This document shows, one piece after another, positions 53,838 through 62,181 of a stretch of 64,000 bases of DNA (the stretch's first letter is position 1; every line of letters starts with the position of its first letter). A model generated the notes under the pieces. It was not told the DNA's origin and searched no databases. It saw only the letters and a list, made by a program, of their open reading frames with translations. Both the position numbers and the translations under genes were made by a program. The DNA lies in NCBI GenBank assembly GCA_965205975.1, contig OZ242195.1:4640001-4704000 (forward strand), given 5' to 3'. This stretch comes from Candidatus Latescibacterota bacterium. Lineage in GTDB: Bacteria > Latescibacterota > UBA2968.

Positions 53838-55598
53838 ATGTCAGACATGTTCTCAGACGATATAACGAAAGCAGATAGTTTGCAAATGAGTGAGGTCTTT
53901 GGATTTATGAATCCTGAATATCACGAGGCTGTGGTCAAACGCGCGCTCAATTCGAGGGATAAGGTGTCAAAAGAAGCGCGGGGATCGCTCAACTCGGCTA
54001 TAAACAGCACAGTAAAAGTACCGCAGTTCCCAAAAGAACCCGCCAGAGCACCGACGCCTTATCTCATGGCGCATGTCCTGAAAGCCGTGACAATATTAGA
54101 CAAGCTAACCGGCGCAGTTTTGAAGGTCTGGGCAGAGTCCCATGATGCGCTCGGCACTGTGGTTGTTAAGCATCTGGCGGATCTGGCAATGCCAGCTGAA
54201 TATCCAGATTTTTCGGGAAATCGGTTCCGAGGCACCTGGTTCAGGGATGCCTGGGCGCATGAGACGGATAAAATTCTCGAACGCCACGGCGAGTTTGATA
54301 AAGATGATGTCGCTTTGATGCTGTGCTATGTATCGGGCAAAATACCCGGGTCTCGAGAGACAAAAGACAATATTTTATCGCAAGGCATCGAATATTTGAG
54401 ATCTCTGCCGCCCAATGCATCTGAATGGGAGCAGGAGATTCCAGAGTTTATCGAAACGCTGAATGCTATCCGAAAGATAAAAGAAAAACAACGCGGTCAG
54501 GCGGTTGAGCTTGACGCTACGATTGCCGATATCGGAGATGCTTTTTCAGCGGAACTGACATTTTTCCAACGAGATGCAACGGCATGGTCTGTGGCGCAAC
54601 TTTCACCGGATGTGGATATTTTAGAGGCACTTCAATTGGCAAAAGAGTTGCAGTGTTTGCTGACCGAGTATCAATCTGTTAATGAAATAGCGCCTATTTT
54701 TAGCGAGGAGCAAATTAGAAGACAGAAACGGGCGGAGTTGGAGTCTCGTATCTTGCCGATGATGGACCGCATAGATCGGCTTATGGGCGGGAACCAGGGT
54801 CCGGATGACGATTCTCCATCGGGGATAGATGTGGTGGACGACTTCGACGACTCGACAGAGCACACCGAAGTCAGAAGTTCCTCTGGTGAAGCAGAAGCAC
54901 AACAGCCTACAGGTGAGGTGGTAGAGCCTCCCGAGGCTCCAGATGAGGATGTGAAATCAGATAGAGAAAATGAGCGCGCGTTTTCCGATGAAGATTACAC
55001 TTCTTTGCTATCGGATAATCAACATCTCAATATTGAGATCGAATCGCTGCAAACCCAATTGGACACGAGTGAGAAGGAGGCCGAAATTTGGCGCGTGGCT
55101 TATATCGAGGAGGCGAGCAAGGGGGCGATAATTGCGGGTGAAGATGAGGATTTGTCTATTGAGGGCGTGAATGATGCTGTCGAGCTTGCCAAAGAAAGAT
55201 TTGACGATAAACTAATCTTCCAACTCAATGGGAAATCGCGCGTTGAAGCTAACCCATTCATTCATCCCAAAGCCGTGTGGGACGCGCTGCAATGGCTGGC
55301 GACCACGTATTATGAGTCTCGCATAGGGAAAATCAGTCTGACAAATCCCGATGTGTCAATCCGCGAAGCGTGTAAGTGGCGGTACAAACGACGGCAAAGC
55401 GATATTACAATGAAGAAGTACAAAAGTTGGTACACCACTATGGTTGGAAACAAGATCCATTGGCTCAAAGAGCATATCGGAACGGGGATCAGTAAGGATG
55501 CACGCTATACCATTCGGATCGCCTTTGAGTGGGACAAGAGCAAGGAGCGTGTTGTTATTGGTTTTATCGGCCAGCACCAACAGACAGACGCGACCTGA
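53838..55598 (+). CDS. Hypothetical 586-aa protein: helical N-terminus, acidic linker, coiled coil, possible RNase-like C-terminal domain
   Basis: GAGGAGG RBS; C-terminal LKEHIGTG..DARYTIRIAFEWD...VVIGFIGQH. Confidence 0.7.
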   Translation: MSDMFSDDITKADSLQMSEVFGFMNPEYHEAVVKRALNSRDKVSKEARGSLNSAINSTVKVPQFPKEPARAPTPYLMAHVLKAVTILDKLTGAVLKVWAESHDALGTVVVKHLADLAMPAEYPDFSGNRFRGTWFRDAWAHETDKILERHGEFDKDDVALMLCYVSGKIPGSRETKDNILSQGIEYLRSLPPNASEWEQEIPEFIETLNAIRKIKEKQRGQAVELDATIADIGDAFSAELTFFQRDATAWSVAQLSPDVDILEALQLAKELQCLLTEYQSVNEIAPIFSEEQIRRQKRAELESRILPMMDRIDRLMGGNQGPDDDSPSGIDVVDDFDDSTEHTEVRSSSGEAEAQQPTGEVVEPPEAPDEDVKSDRENERAFSDEDYTSLLSDNQHLNIEIESLQTQLDTSEKEAEIWRVAYIEEASKGAIIAGEDEDLSIEGVNDAVELAKERFDDKLIFQLNGKSRVEANPFIHPKAVWDALQWLATTYYESRIGKISLTNPDVSIREACKWRYKRRQSDITMKKYKSWYTTMVGNKIHWLKEHIGTGISKDARYTIRIAFEWDKSKERVVIGFIGQHQQTDAT

Positions 55599-55622
55599 GA
55601 AGTGTGAAAGCCAGCTCTCTTT

Positions 55623-56231
55623 TTAGTTTTTCTGAAATTTCTCGGCATCGGTAGGCCATTGAATATCTCTGCACTTATCGGCATGCCATAGCAGTTCGCG
55701 CGAAAGCTTTTGAGCAGGGGGAGGTAATTGAACTATAACGACCTGGAGACCTGCGATCCGACCGTGTTTCATAGCAGGCACACAATCGGTGTCACCCGAT
55801 ACGAGGATGATCCGGTCCACGGCTTTTGAAACCGAAAAAGTCGCAATATCGAGCCCAAGACGCATGTCAACGCCTTTTTGTTCAAAATCCGGGTAAAAAT
55901 CATCATCGGAAAGTGAAGTGCTCTTTACTGGAATCTTTTTGAGCTTGAAGCCCCGAAATTTCAGAACGCCACGACGAACCGCAAAGTAGTCTTTGGCCGC
56001 CAGAATATCCAGCCAGCCATGTGCGTCAAATGTTCTCCTGTCTCCAGACACTGGAAGACGCACTGTACCTGTGTATGGATCGCAGTCGTAATATAAAATC
56101 CGAAAAAGTTGCTCATTCTTATGAATGATACTCAGGGCTACCCTCTCAATAAAATCTGGATTATAGCGATAGACCGGACTTGCTGCTTTCCTCAAATAGC
56201 CCCCATCAATCAAAATCGTCACTTTCGGCAT
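55623..56231 (-). CDS. NYN domain (LabA/DUF88, PIN-like) ribonuclease
   Basis: ILIDGGYL, RILYYDC, EQKGVDMRLGLD, LVSGDTDCVPA, LLWHAD. Confidence 0.9.
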   Translation of the reverse strand: MPKVTILIDGGYLRKAASPVYRYNPDFIERVALSIIHKNEQLFRILYYDCDPYTGTVRLPVSGDRRTFDAHGWLDILAAKDYFAVRRGVLKFRGFKLKKIPVKSTSLSDDDFYPDFEQKGVDMRLGLDIATFSVSKAVDRIILVSGDTDCVPAMKHGRIAGLQVVIVQLPPPAQKLSRELLWHADKCRDIQWPTDAEKFQKN

Positions 56232-56246
56232 ACACGTACCTCTAAT

Positions 56247-56353
56247 AAAAAATAAAAGCCCCTGTGCGTCACCACACGGGGGCTAAAAGATAGACTCGCC
56301 TACGAGCGTAGCGGATATGAATCAAATGTAGCGTATTCCCTGCTTTTTGTCAA
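56247..56353 (-). promoter_or_regulatory. Promoter plus ~70-nt leader ending in an intrinsic terminator, upstream of NYN
   Basis: Minus strand TTGACA(56353-48)-N17-TACATT(56330-25); hairpin AGCCCC..GTGT/GCAC..GGGGCT (56284-56257) followed by TTTATTTTTT, then the RBS. Confidence 0.65.
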
Positions 56354-56398
56354 CTGAACAGCGTGAAGGGATAGGTCTCAAATTTTTCAGGAGGCACT

Positions 56399-57100
56399 AT
56401 GGACAATCAGAAAATTCTGATTGTAGATCACGACCTGCTTGTAATCTCAGAGCTTGCGGGATTCTTGTGGGATGAACCCTATGAAATATGCCTGGCAGGA
56501 TATGGGATAGAAGGTCTTGAAATTTTGAGAAAAGAGGATATTGATCTTGCTGTTGTTGAGCTACATGTAGAGGGTATAGATGGTATAACGCTATTGAAGC
56601 ATGTGAAGGAGGAAAAAATTCAGACAGCTATGCTGATCATGACGAGTTTGAGATCTGCAGAATTGGGCGAACAACTGATCAAGGCTGGCGCTGCAAGTGT
56701 ATTTGACAAACCAATAGAGAGAGATGTTTTTTTGAAACAGGTCAAAAGATATATGCCTCCACAAGATATGTGGAAGACCAGGTTTGAAGTATTTTTGGAG
56801 GATCATTACAGCAATTCAGATCTAAAATTTGAAGACGTCATGCGCTATTTCCGATTTTCTAAGTCGCATGGTTACGCATTGTTCAAAAAACATTTGGGCA
56901 AGACCTTTCGTGAAGCATTGAGGGAGGTTAGAATTGAAAAGGCAAAATTATTGATTGAAGAAACGCCATTGCCAATTTTTGAAATTGCAGCACACTGTGG
57001 TTTTCGTTCATCATCGCGTTTAAACGAAGCTTTTAAGAGATTATATGGCATGTCTCCTCGTGCTTATCGACAAAAAGAGGACATACGCGTAAGAAATTAG
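56399..57100 (+). CDS. Response regulator (atypical receiver) with AraC HTH output
   Basis: KILIVDHD, DLAVVE (Glu at the usual phospho-Asp), FDKP; FKKHLGKTF...IAAHCGF...FKRLYGMSPRAYR. Confidence 0.85.
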   Translation: MDNQKILIVDHDLLVISELAGFLWDEPYEICLAGYGIEGLEILRKEDIDLAVVELHVEGIDGITLLKHVKEEKIQTAMLIMTSLRSAELGEQLIKAGAASVFDKPIERDVFLKQVKRYMPPQDMWKTRFEVFLEDHYSNSDLKFEDVMRYFRFSKSHGYALFKKHLGKTFREALREVRIEKAKLLIEETPLPIFEIAAHCGFRSSSRLNEAFKRLYGMSPRAYRQKEDIRVRN

Positions 57101-57153
57101 ACATATAATGCAAAAAAGAGGACATACGCGTAATAAATCAGACGTACGCGTAA
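57072..57153 (+). repeat. Four direct repeats (GACATACGCGTAA consensus) at 20-21 bp period
   Basis: Units begin at 57080, 57100 (degenerate), 57121, 57141. Confidence 0.8.
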
Positions 57154-57311
57154 TTTTTTGCTGTTGAAATTGTAGTAGCAATTGTGTTATTTTTGGAAAC
57201 GTGTGAATAAAAACTCAGGAAAGCTCAACGGCTGCGGGTTGTTTTTCTGGGTCCTTCCAGAAAAATTAGGGACCGGTCCTCCCTTCCCGCAGCCTATTTT
57301 ATTTTTCTTAC

Positions 57312-58802
57312 CTATGGATTGAAGACCTCAAATTTGCCGTTCTTGACGATCAGGATAATCGGGTCGTAAATCGCGTCTCCATTGGCGTCAAAAGAGAATT
57401 TGCCCAGGATCGTGTCCAGGTCTCTGGTTTTTGCCAGGGCGTCTCGAATTGCTCTTGAGTCAATTGATTGGGCATTGGCGATGGCGTTTGATAGGATATG
57501 GACAGTGGTGTATGATTGTGCGGTGAATGCGCTGGGTTCAACACCGGCTCTCATTGTGTAATTATCGACGAATGCGCGATTCCCCGGCGTGTCAGCCGTG
57601 CTGGTCCATGCGGTAAAACTAATCGCTCCCTCGGCGGCAGCACCGGCGCGTTCTATTTCGCCTGGGGTCAGGGTCTGCGTGATGAAGTGAACTTCGGGAG
57701 GAATACCGATTTGCCGAGTCTGGATCAGTATATCATTCGCCTCTGTTATTGGAAGCGCAGAGAGGAAGATGGCGTCTGGATTCGATTCTTTTATTCGGGT
57801 TAATTGTTCCGAGAAGTCAGTCTGACCAACCTGGAAGGACTCTGTGATCAGAACTTCGACGCCGTTTTGATGGAGTGTTTCTTTAATTATTGCGTCGCTA
57901 TTTGGGGCAAAGACATCGCCAGCCTGGAATATTGTGGCGGCCTTTTGATAGCCGAGTTTCTTATGCGTTGTCCTGACACCACCGGGTATAAGCCAGTTAA
58001 CTGTGAGACTGGTGCGGAAGAGGAAATCGCCCATTGCGCTGAGGCCAGGGGAGGCTGAGGTTGGACTAATCGCCACGACTTCGTTTTGTTGGGCGATGGG
58101 AAATGCCTCACGGGCTGAACTCGAGGTGTACGGGCCGATGATGACAGATACACCGTCTTGATGAATCAGTTTATTATAAGCTTCAACAGAGCCTTCTGGC
58201 GTGCTGCGATTGTCTTCCATAATGAAATTGATTTTTGATCCGCCGAATAGCGATGAACGGTTGATTTCTTCGCGTGCGAGTTCAAAGCCAGCTATAAGCG
58301 ACTGACCACCTGCACTGAGTTGTCCCGTCAGAGGCAGGACGACGCCAATGGTAATTTCTGCTGGGAGACCTTCTAATGTCAGTTGTGCCTTCTCGCCAAT
58401 GGGTAAGTTGAGCCGTACTTTGTCGCCTGCGTTAATTGGAATGCTGGTCCAGGCTCCGATCTCGATCCCGTCTTGTGAGGCACGCGCTTGATAATAACCA
58501 TTGCCCGCTGTGATCTCTATCCGCGCACGACCGTTCTCATCGGTCATGTCTGACCACTGATAATCCGCTTTTTGTCCCGCAATAGAACGCGCAAATTCTA
58601 CTTTTGCCCCGCTTACAGGTGCGTCGTCCTGCTGCACAGTGGCTAAGACCACAGCATTTTGTTGTGCGGCCAATTTGCTCAGGGGACGGCCAATCTGTTC
58701 TTCTGTCCCAATTTCTGACTGCGTTACGCGCTCACTGCCACAATTCCATATCATTCCTGCGGCAAGGGCTATTGCGATTATACTGCGAATATTTTGCAAC
58801 AT
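57312..58802 (-). CDS. Branched-chain amino acid (LivJ-like) ABC substrate-binding lipoprotein with extra N-terminal beta-sandwich domain
   Basis: Signal/lipobox IWNC; IGVVLPLTG, IIGPYTSS, TDFSEQLTRIK, LGKFSFDANGD; AGGAGA RBS. Confidence 0.85.
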   Translation of the reverse strand: MLQNIRSIIAIALAAGMIWNCGSERVTQSEIGTEEQIGRPLSKLAAQQNAVVLATVQQDDAPVSGAKVEFARSIAGQKADYQWSDMTDENGRARIEITAGNGYYQARASQDGIEIGAWTSIPINAGDKVRLNLPIGEKAQLTLEGLPAEITIGVVLPLTGQLSAGGQSLIAGFELAREEINRSSLFGGSKINFIMEDNRSTPEGSVEAYNKLIHQDGVSVIIGPYTSSSAREAFPIAQQNEVVAISPTSASPGLSAMGDFLFRTSLTVNWLIPGGVRTTHKKLGYQKAATIFQAGDVFAPNSDAIIKETLHQNGVEVLITESFQVGQTDFSEQLTRIKESNPDAIFLSALPITEANDILIQTRQIGIPPEVHFITQTLTPGEIERAGAAAEGAISFTAWTSTADTPGNRAFVDNYTMRAGVEPSAFTAQSYTTVHILSNAIANAQSIDSRAIRDALAKTRDLDTILGKFSFDANGDAIYDPIILIVKNGKFEVFNP

Positions 58803-58885
58803 GGTGGTCTCCTGAAAGCGGTATAGAGAAAATCCCAGGACGGTTTTTCCCATCCTGGGATTTTTTGTGCGAGATGGACGGGTGT

Positions 58886-59326
58886 CTATCCCGTCAGTTG
58901 TGTGTGAAATTCTGTCCAGTCATCGAGGTTGTTCAGGTTGATGGCGTCGAGAATTGTGCCGTCGTCGTCAATGCCTGCTGCACCGAGGATGGCCCCGCGG
59001 ACATCGTCTGCGTGGTTATAACCCTCGATTGCGGCGTTGAGTTCTGCAACGGCATTGCTGTCGAGGCTGCCGCCGCTCTGTGTGATTACCCATGCTTCAA
59101 ATTCCGGATAGGAGGGTAGATTTTCGGTGAGATAGGCGACGGTGGTATCGCGGTCGAGACCCAGTCCATCGAGAACCATCTGGTCGTAGCCCATGCCGCA
59201 CTGGTCATATCCTTCTTCGAGGTTGCCCGTGGCACCCAACAGGACTTTGCTCCACAGGCGAGGAAGATGGAGTACGCCCGCTGGTCCTGCTACACCTGAA
59301 CTGATGAGGGGGATTGTTCCTGCCAT
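58886..59326 (-). CDS. DUF5069-like conserved protein
   Basis: PLISSGVAGPAGVLHLPRLW, GMGYDQMVL, LNNLDDW; AAGGAG RBS. Confidence 0.65.
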   Translation of the reverse strand: MAGTIPLISSGVAGPAGVLHLPRLWSKVLLGATGNLEEGYDQCGMGYDQMVLDGLGLDRDTTVAYLTENLPSYPEFEAWVITQSGGSLDSNAVAELNAAIEGYNHADDVRGAILGAAGIDDDGTILDAINLNNLDDWTEFHTQLTG

Positions 59327-59405
59327 TTTTTACTCCTTTTGAATATGGTTCATCGACCAGCACGCGAATGATTGGGGAGGTGCTGGTGATCTGAACCGCG
59401 TTAAA

Positions 59406-59472
59406 CGAATCAGCGAATCAACGAATAGACGAATCAACGAAGCGGTGTACAACTGGTTCAAGCCAGTTTGTC
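59406..59472 (+). repeat. Second copy of the CGAAT-octamer/AACTGG-hairpin element
   Basis: CGAATCAGCGAATCAACGAATAGACGAATCAACGAAGCGGTGTACAACTGG..CCAGTT matches the left half of 10023-10149. Confidence 0.7.
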
Positions 59473-59491
59473 AGCGCATCGGTATGGCCGT

Positions 59492-60001
59492 TTATTTTGC
59501 CAAAGCACCTTTTTGATCTTTGTTGAGTGTCCAGGTATCGACGACACCGTTTGAATATGTTACGGTGAGTTGTGTGCCGATAAATTCATATTGCGTTCCG
59601 TTGTCGTGGGTAAGTGTGACGCGCGCATCGTCAGAGGAGATTTGTCCCGTGCCATTTTGGGTGGTTGTGTCATAAACTACATCTGTGCTATCTGTCGCTA
59701 CATCGCCGATTCTGAGTTTGGATTGATATGTAAATGTCGTGCCTTGCAGATCGTATAGACGGTCTATGACTCTGATGCTCTGTCTGTCGTCGGTTAGGGA
59801 AAGATGTACTTTAGCCTGGGTGGGTGTGGTTGGAAACCATTCGATGAGGCCGCTGATTTGCGGACTCTGGATGATTTCACCCTGCGCGGGTTTGCGAGAC
59901 TCCAATAGCCAGGTTCCGCGAAGCTCTGCCTGGTGTTTGGTGTCGTCGCTGCAACCAATTAGTAAGGTACAAAAGACGAGTGTTATAGATGTGCGCAACA
60001 T
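59492..60001 (-). CDS. Hypothetical lipoprotein (lipocalin-like beta barrel)
   Basis: LLIGC lipobox; LRGTWLLES; AGGAGA RBS. Confidence 0.6.
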   Translation of the reverse strand: MLRTSITLVFCTLLIGCSDDTKHQAELRGTWLLESRKPAQGEIIQSPQISGLIEWFPTTPTQAKVHLSLTDDRQSIRVIDRLYDLQGTTFTYQSKLRIGDVATDSTDVVYDTTTQNGTGQISSDDARVTLTHDNGTQYEFIGTQLTVTYSNGVVDTWTLNKDQKGALAK

Positions 60002-60137
60002 AAAAATCTCCTGTCAAGACGTCAAGGGTCGATCAAAGCAAAACGGTTGCGTTTCGCGTGCGAACAATAAAAAGGGAATTATTGCCTTGTCAAGGACAAA
60101 CTGTTGTGTGCAGTGGGTTCTCGTTCTATATTTTGAT

Positions 60138-60236
60138 CCGCAGATGAACGCAGATGGACGCAGATGTGTAGGGGCAGTGCCTCGTGCCTGCCCGCCAGAT
60201 GGACGCAGATGTGTAGGGGCGAGGCATGCCTCGCCC
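60138..60236 (+). repeat. CGCAGATG(G/A)A decamers interleaved with two GTAG-type REPs
   Basis: GTAGGGGCAGTGCCTCGTGCCTGCCC (60168) and GTAGGGGCGAGGCATGCCTCGCCC (60213). Confidence 0.75.
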
Positions 60237-60250
60237 GTCATTGCCTTTAA

Positions 60251-61201
60251 ATGGGAGCGATGGAAATGGAAGAGATGGCGCACAGACCAAAGCGGTCTTT
60301 GAAAAGCTATGTTGGTATCGCGCTGAGGGGTGTGTGCATGGGGGCTGCCGATGTTGTACCCGGCGTGTCGGGGGGCACCATGGCGCTGATTACGGGTATT
60401 TATGAAGAGTTGATTCTTTCGATCCGTTCTTTTGATGCGCGATCTGCACGGCTTCTGATGGGGTTGCGAATAAGAGAGTTGTTCGATTATGTGCGCTGGC
60501 CTTTTTTGTGCGCGCTTGTCGCAGGGATTCTCTTTGCGATTTTTTCACTGTCGCGCGCGATTACTTATTTGCTGGAGAATGAGCCTGTTTCCCTGTGGTC
60601 CTTTTTCTTTGGGCTGGTGTTGGCGTCTGTTTTTACGGTGGGGAGGCGCATTCCGCAGTGGAATTTGAGAATGTTTTTGGGTGCTGTTGGGGCAACGCTA
60701 TGTGCATATTTTCTGGTCGGGTTGGTGCCGGTTGAAATGCCGCATAGCCCGCCGTATATTTTTTGTTCTGCTGTGGTTGCGATTTGCGCGATGATTTTGC
60801 CCGGTATTTCCGGGTCCTTTGTGCTGGTCTTGCTGGGGCAATATCCCTATCTTCTCAACGCAGTCAATACGCGCGATCTGTTTACAATTGCACTGTTTGG
60901 TGCGGGTGCTGTGGTTGGACTTATGGCGTTTTCGCGCGTTCTGAACTGGTTTTTTCGGCATTATCACGATTTGACGATTGCGCTGTTGACCGGGCTGATG
61001 CTGGGGTCGCTCAGGAAGATCTGGCCGTGGAAAGAGACGCTGGAGACGATGGTCAATGGGCACGGGGAGGTGGTGCCTCTGGTTCAGGTGAATGCGTTGC
61101 CCGAGGTGTGGTCGGGCGAGGTGATGGAGGCAATAGGACTCGCGCTTTTTGGTCTGGGGCTGGTGCTCGTTCTCGAGCGTTTGGCCGGGCGCAGGAGGTG
61201 A
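60251..61201 (+). CDS. DUF368 family membrane protein (undecaprenyl-phosphate translocase family)
   Basis: MGAADVVPGVSGGTMALITGIYE, AMILPGISGS, GSLRKIWPW; start ambiguous among several ATGs. Confidence 0.88.
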   Translation: MGAMEMEEMAHRPKRSLKSYVGIALRGVCMGAADVVPGVSGGTMALITGIYEELILSIRSFDARSARLLMGLRIRELFDYVRWPFLCALVAGILFAIFSLSRAITYLLENEPVSLWSFFFGLVLASVFTVGRRIPQWNLRMFLGAVGATLCAYFLVGLVPVEMPHSPPYIFCSAVVAICAMILPGISGSFVLVLLGQYPYLLNAVNTRDLFTIALFGAGAVVGLMAFSRVLNWFFRHYHDLTIALLTGLMLGSLRKIWPWKETLETMVNGHGEVVPLVQVNALPEVWSGEVMEAIGLALFGLGLVLVLERLAGRRR

Positions 61202-61287
61202 GATTCTGAATTTTTCTTGACAGGTCCGCGTTTTGGAAAATACATTGTTATGAAATATTTCTTCATCCTTAACCTATCGAGGTAAAT

Positions 61288-62181
61288 ATGGCAAATTCAG
61301 ATTACACAATTGGCGTGGTTGGCGTTGGTCGAATGGGCGCGAATATTGCGCGTCATCTCAATGACGAGGGGTTTTCGGTCGAGGCGGTGTACGATATTCG
61401 CGCAGAGGTCGCATCGGATCTTGCCAGCGAGTTGGGTTGTGAGGCATATACAGGACTCGCGGGTGTGACGGCTGCTGCAGATTATATCATTACGGTTGTG
61501 ACAGATGACGCTGCGATGGGGGCTATTTATGCCGAATCTGGCGATAGTCTGTTGCAAGGTGCTCAGGGCAAGATTTTTATCAATTGTGCGACGATTACGC
61601 CACAGATTCACGTGGATGTCGAGGGTCTTGCAGAGCAGGCGGGTGCGAGCAGCCTGGAGGGGTGTATGGCCAGCAGTATTACACAGGCGCGTGACGGTAC
61701 GCTGTATTTGATGTGTGGCGGCAAGCGCGCGGTTTTTGACCAGGCGAGCCCGATTCTCGAGTCTATGAGTACAAATTTGATCTATATCGGTACGGCAGGA
61801 CAGGCCGCGCAGGTCAAGGCGCTCGTCAATATGGTTATGAATATCAATACCGCTGGTCTGGCAGAGGGGCTGGGGTTGGGTGCCGCGCTCGGCCTGGATT
61901 TGAATATGCTCATGGAGGTGTTTTCACAAACCGGGGCAAATTCTCGCGTGCTGGAGACCGATGGGGAAGATATGGTCATCCGCGATCACGAATGTTATTT
62001 TTCGGCTGACCATGCGGCGAAAGATTCGGGGATTGCGCTTTCGCTCGCTCAGGACGCGGGTGTCAATCTCCCATTGGCAGAGGCGACAAAAGCCCAGTTT
62101 GAGCTTTTGAAAGAGAAGGGCAAGGGCGATTTGGATAAATCGGGTGTTGCCGAGTTGACTTTCCCGGGGCGGGATGATTAG
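61288..62181 (+). CDS. NAD(P)-dependent oxidoreductase, 3-hydroxyisobutyrate dehydrogenase family
   Basis: GVVGVGRMG, INCATI, VKALVN, AAKD; TTGACA-N18-TACATT at 61217-61246. Confidence 0.85.
   Translation: MANSDYTIGVVGVGRMGANIARHLNDEGFSVEAVYDIRAEVASDLASELGCEAYTGLAGVTAAADYIITVVTDDAAMGAIYAESGDSLLQGAQGKIFINCATITPQIHVDVEGLAEQAGASSLEGCMASSITQARDGTLYLMCGGKRAVFDQASPILESMSTNLIYIGTAGQAAQVKALVNMVMNINTAGLAEGLGLGAALGLDLNMLMEVFSQTGANSRVLETDGEDMVIRDHECYFSADHAAKDSGIALSLAQDAGVNLPLAEATKAQFELLKEKGKGDLDKSGVAELTFPGRDD

Noticed and set aside
57072..57153. Possible mini-CRISPR array
   Set aside because: Period is 20-21 bp with no unique 30-40 bp spacers, and no cas genes in the window.
53661..57300. Integrative element or prophage at tRNA-Pro
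   Set aside because: No integrase or phage genes, and I found no duplicated tRNA 3' end (attR) downstream by eye.
60014..60283. 89-aa ORF with internal repeats (APTHLRPS)
   Set aside because: Translation of the REP/decamer repeat array.
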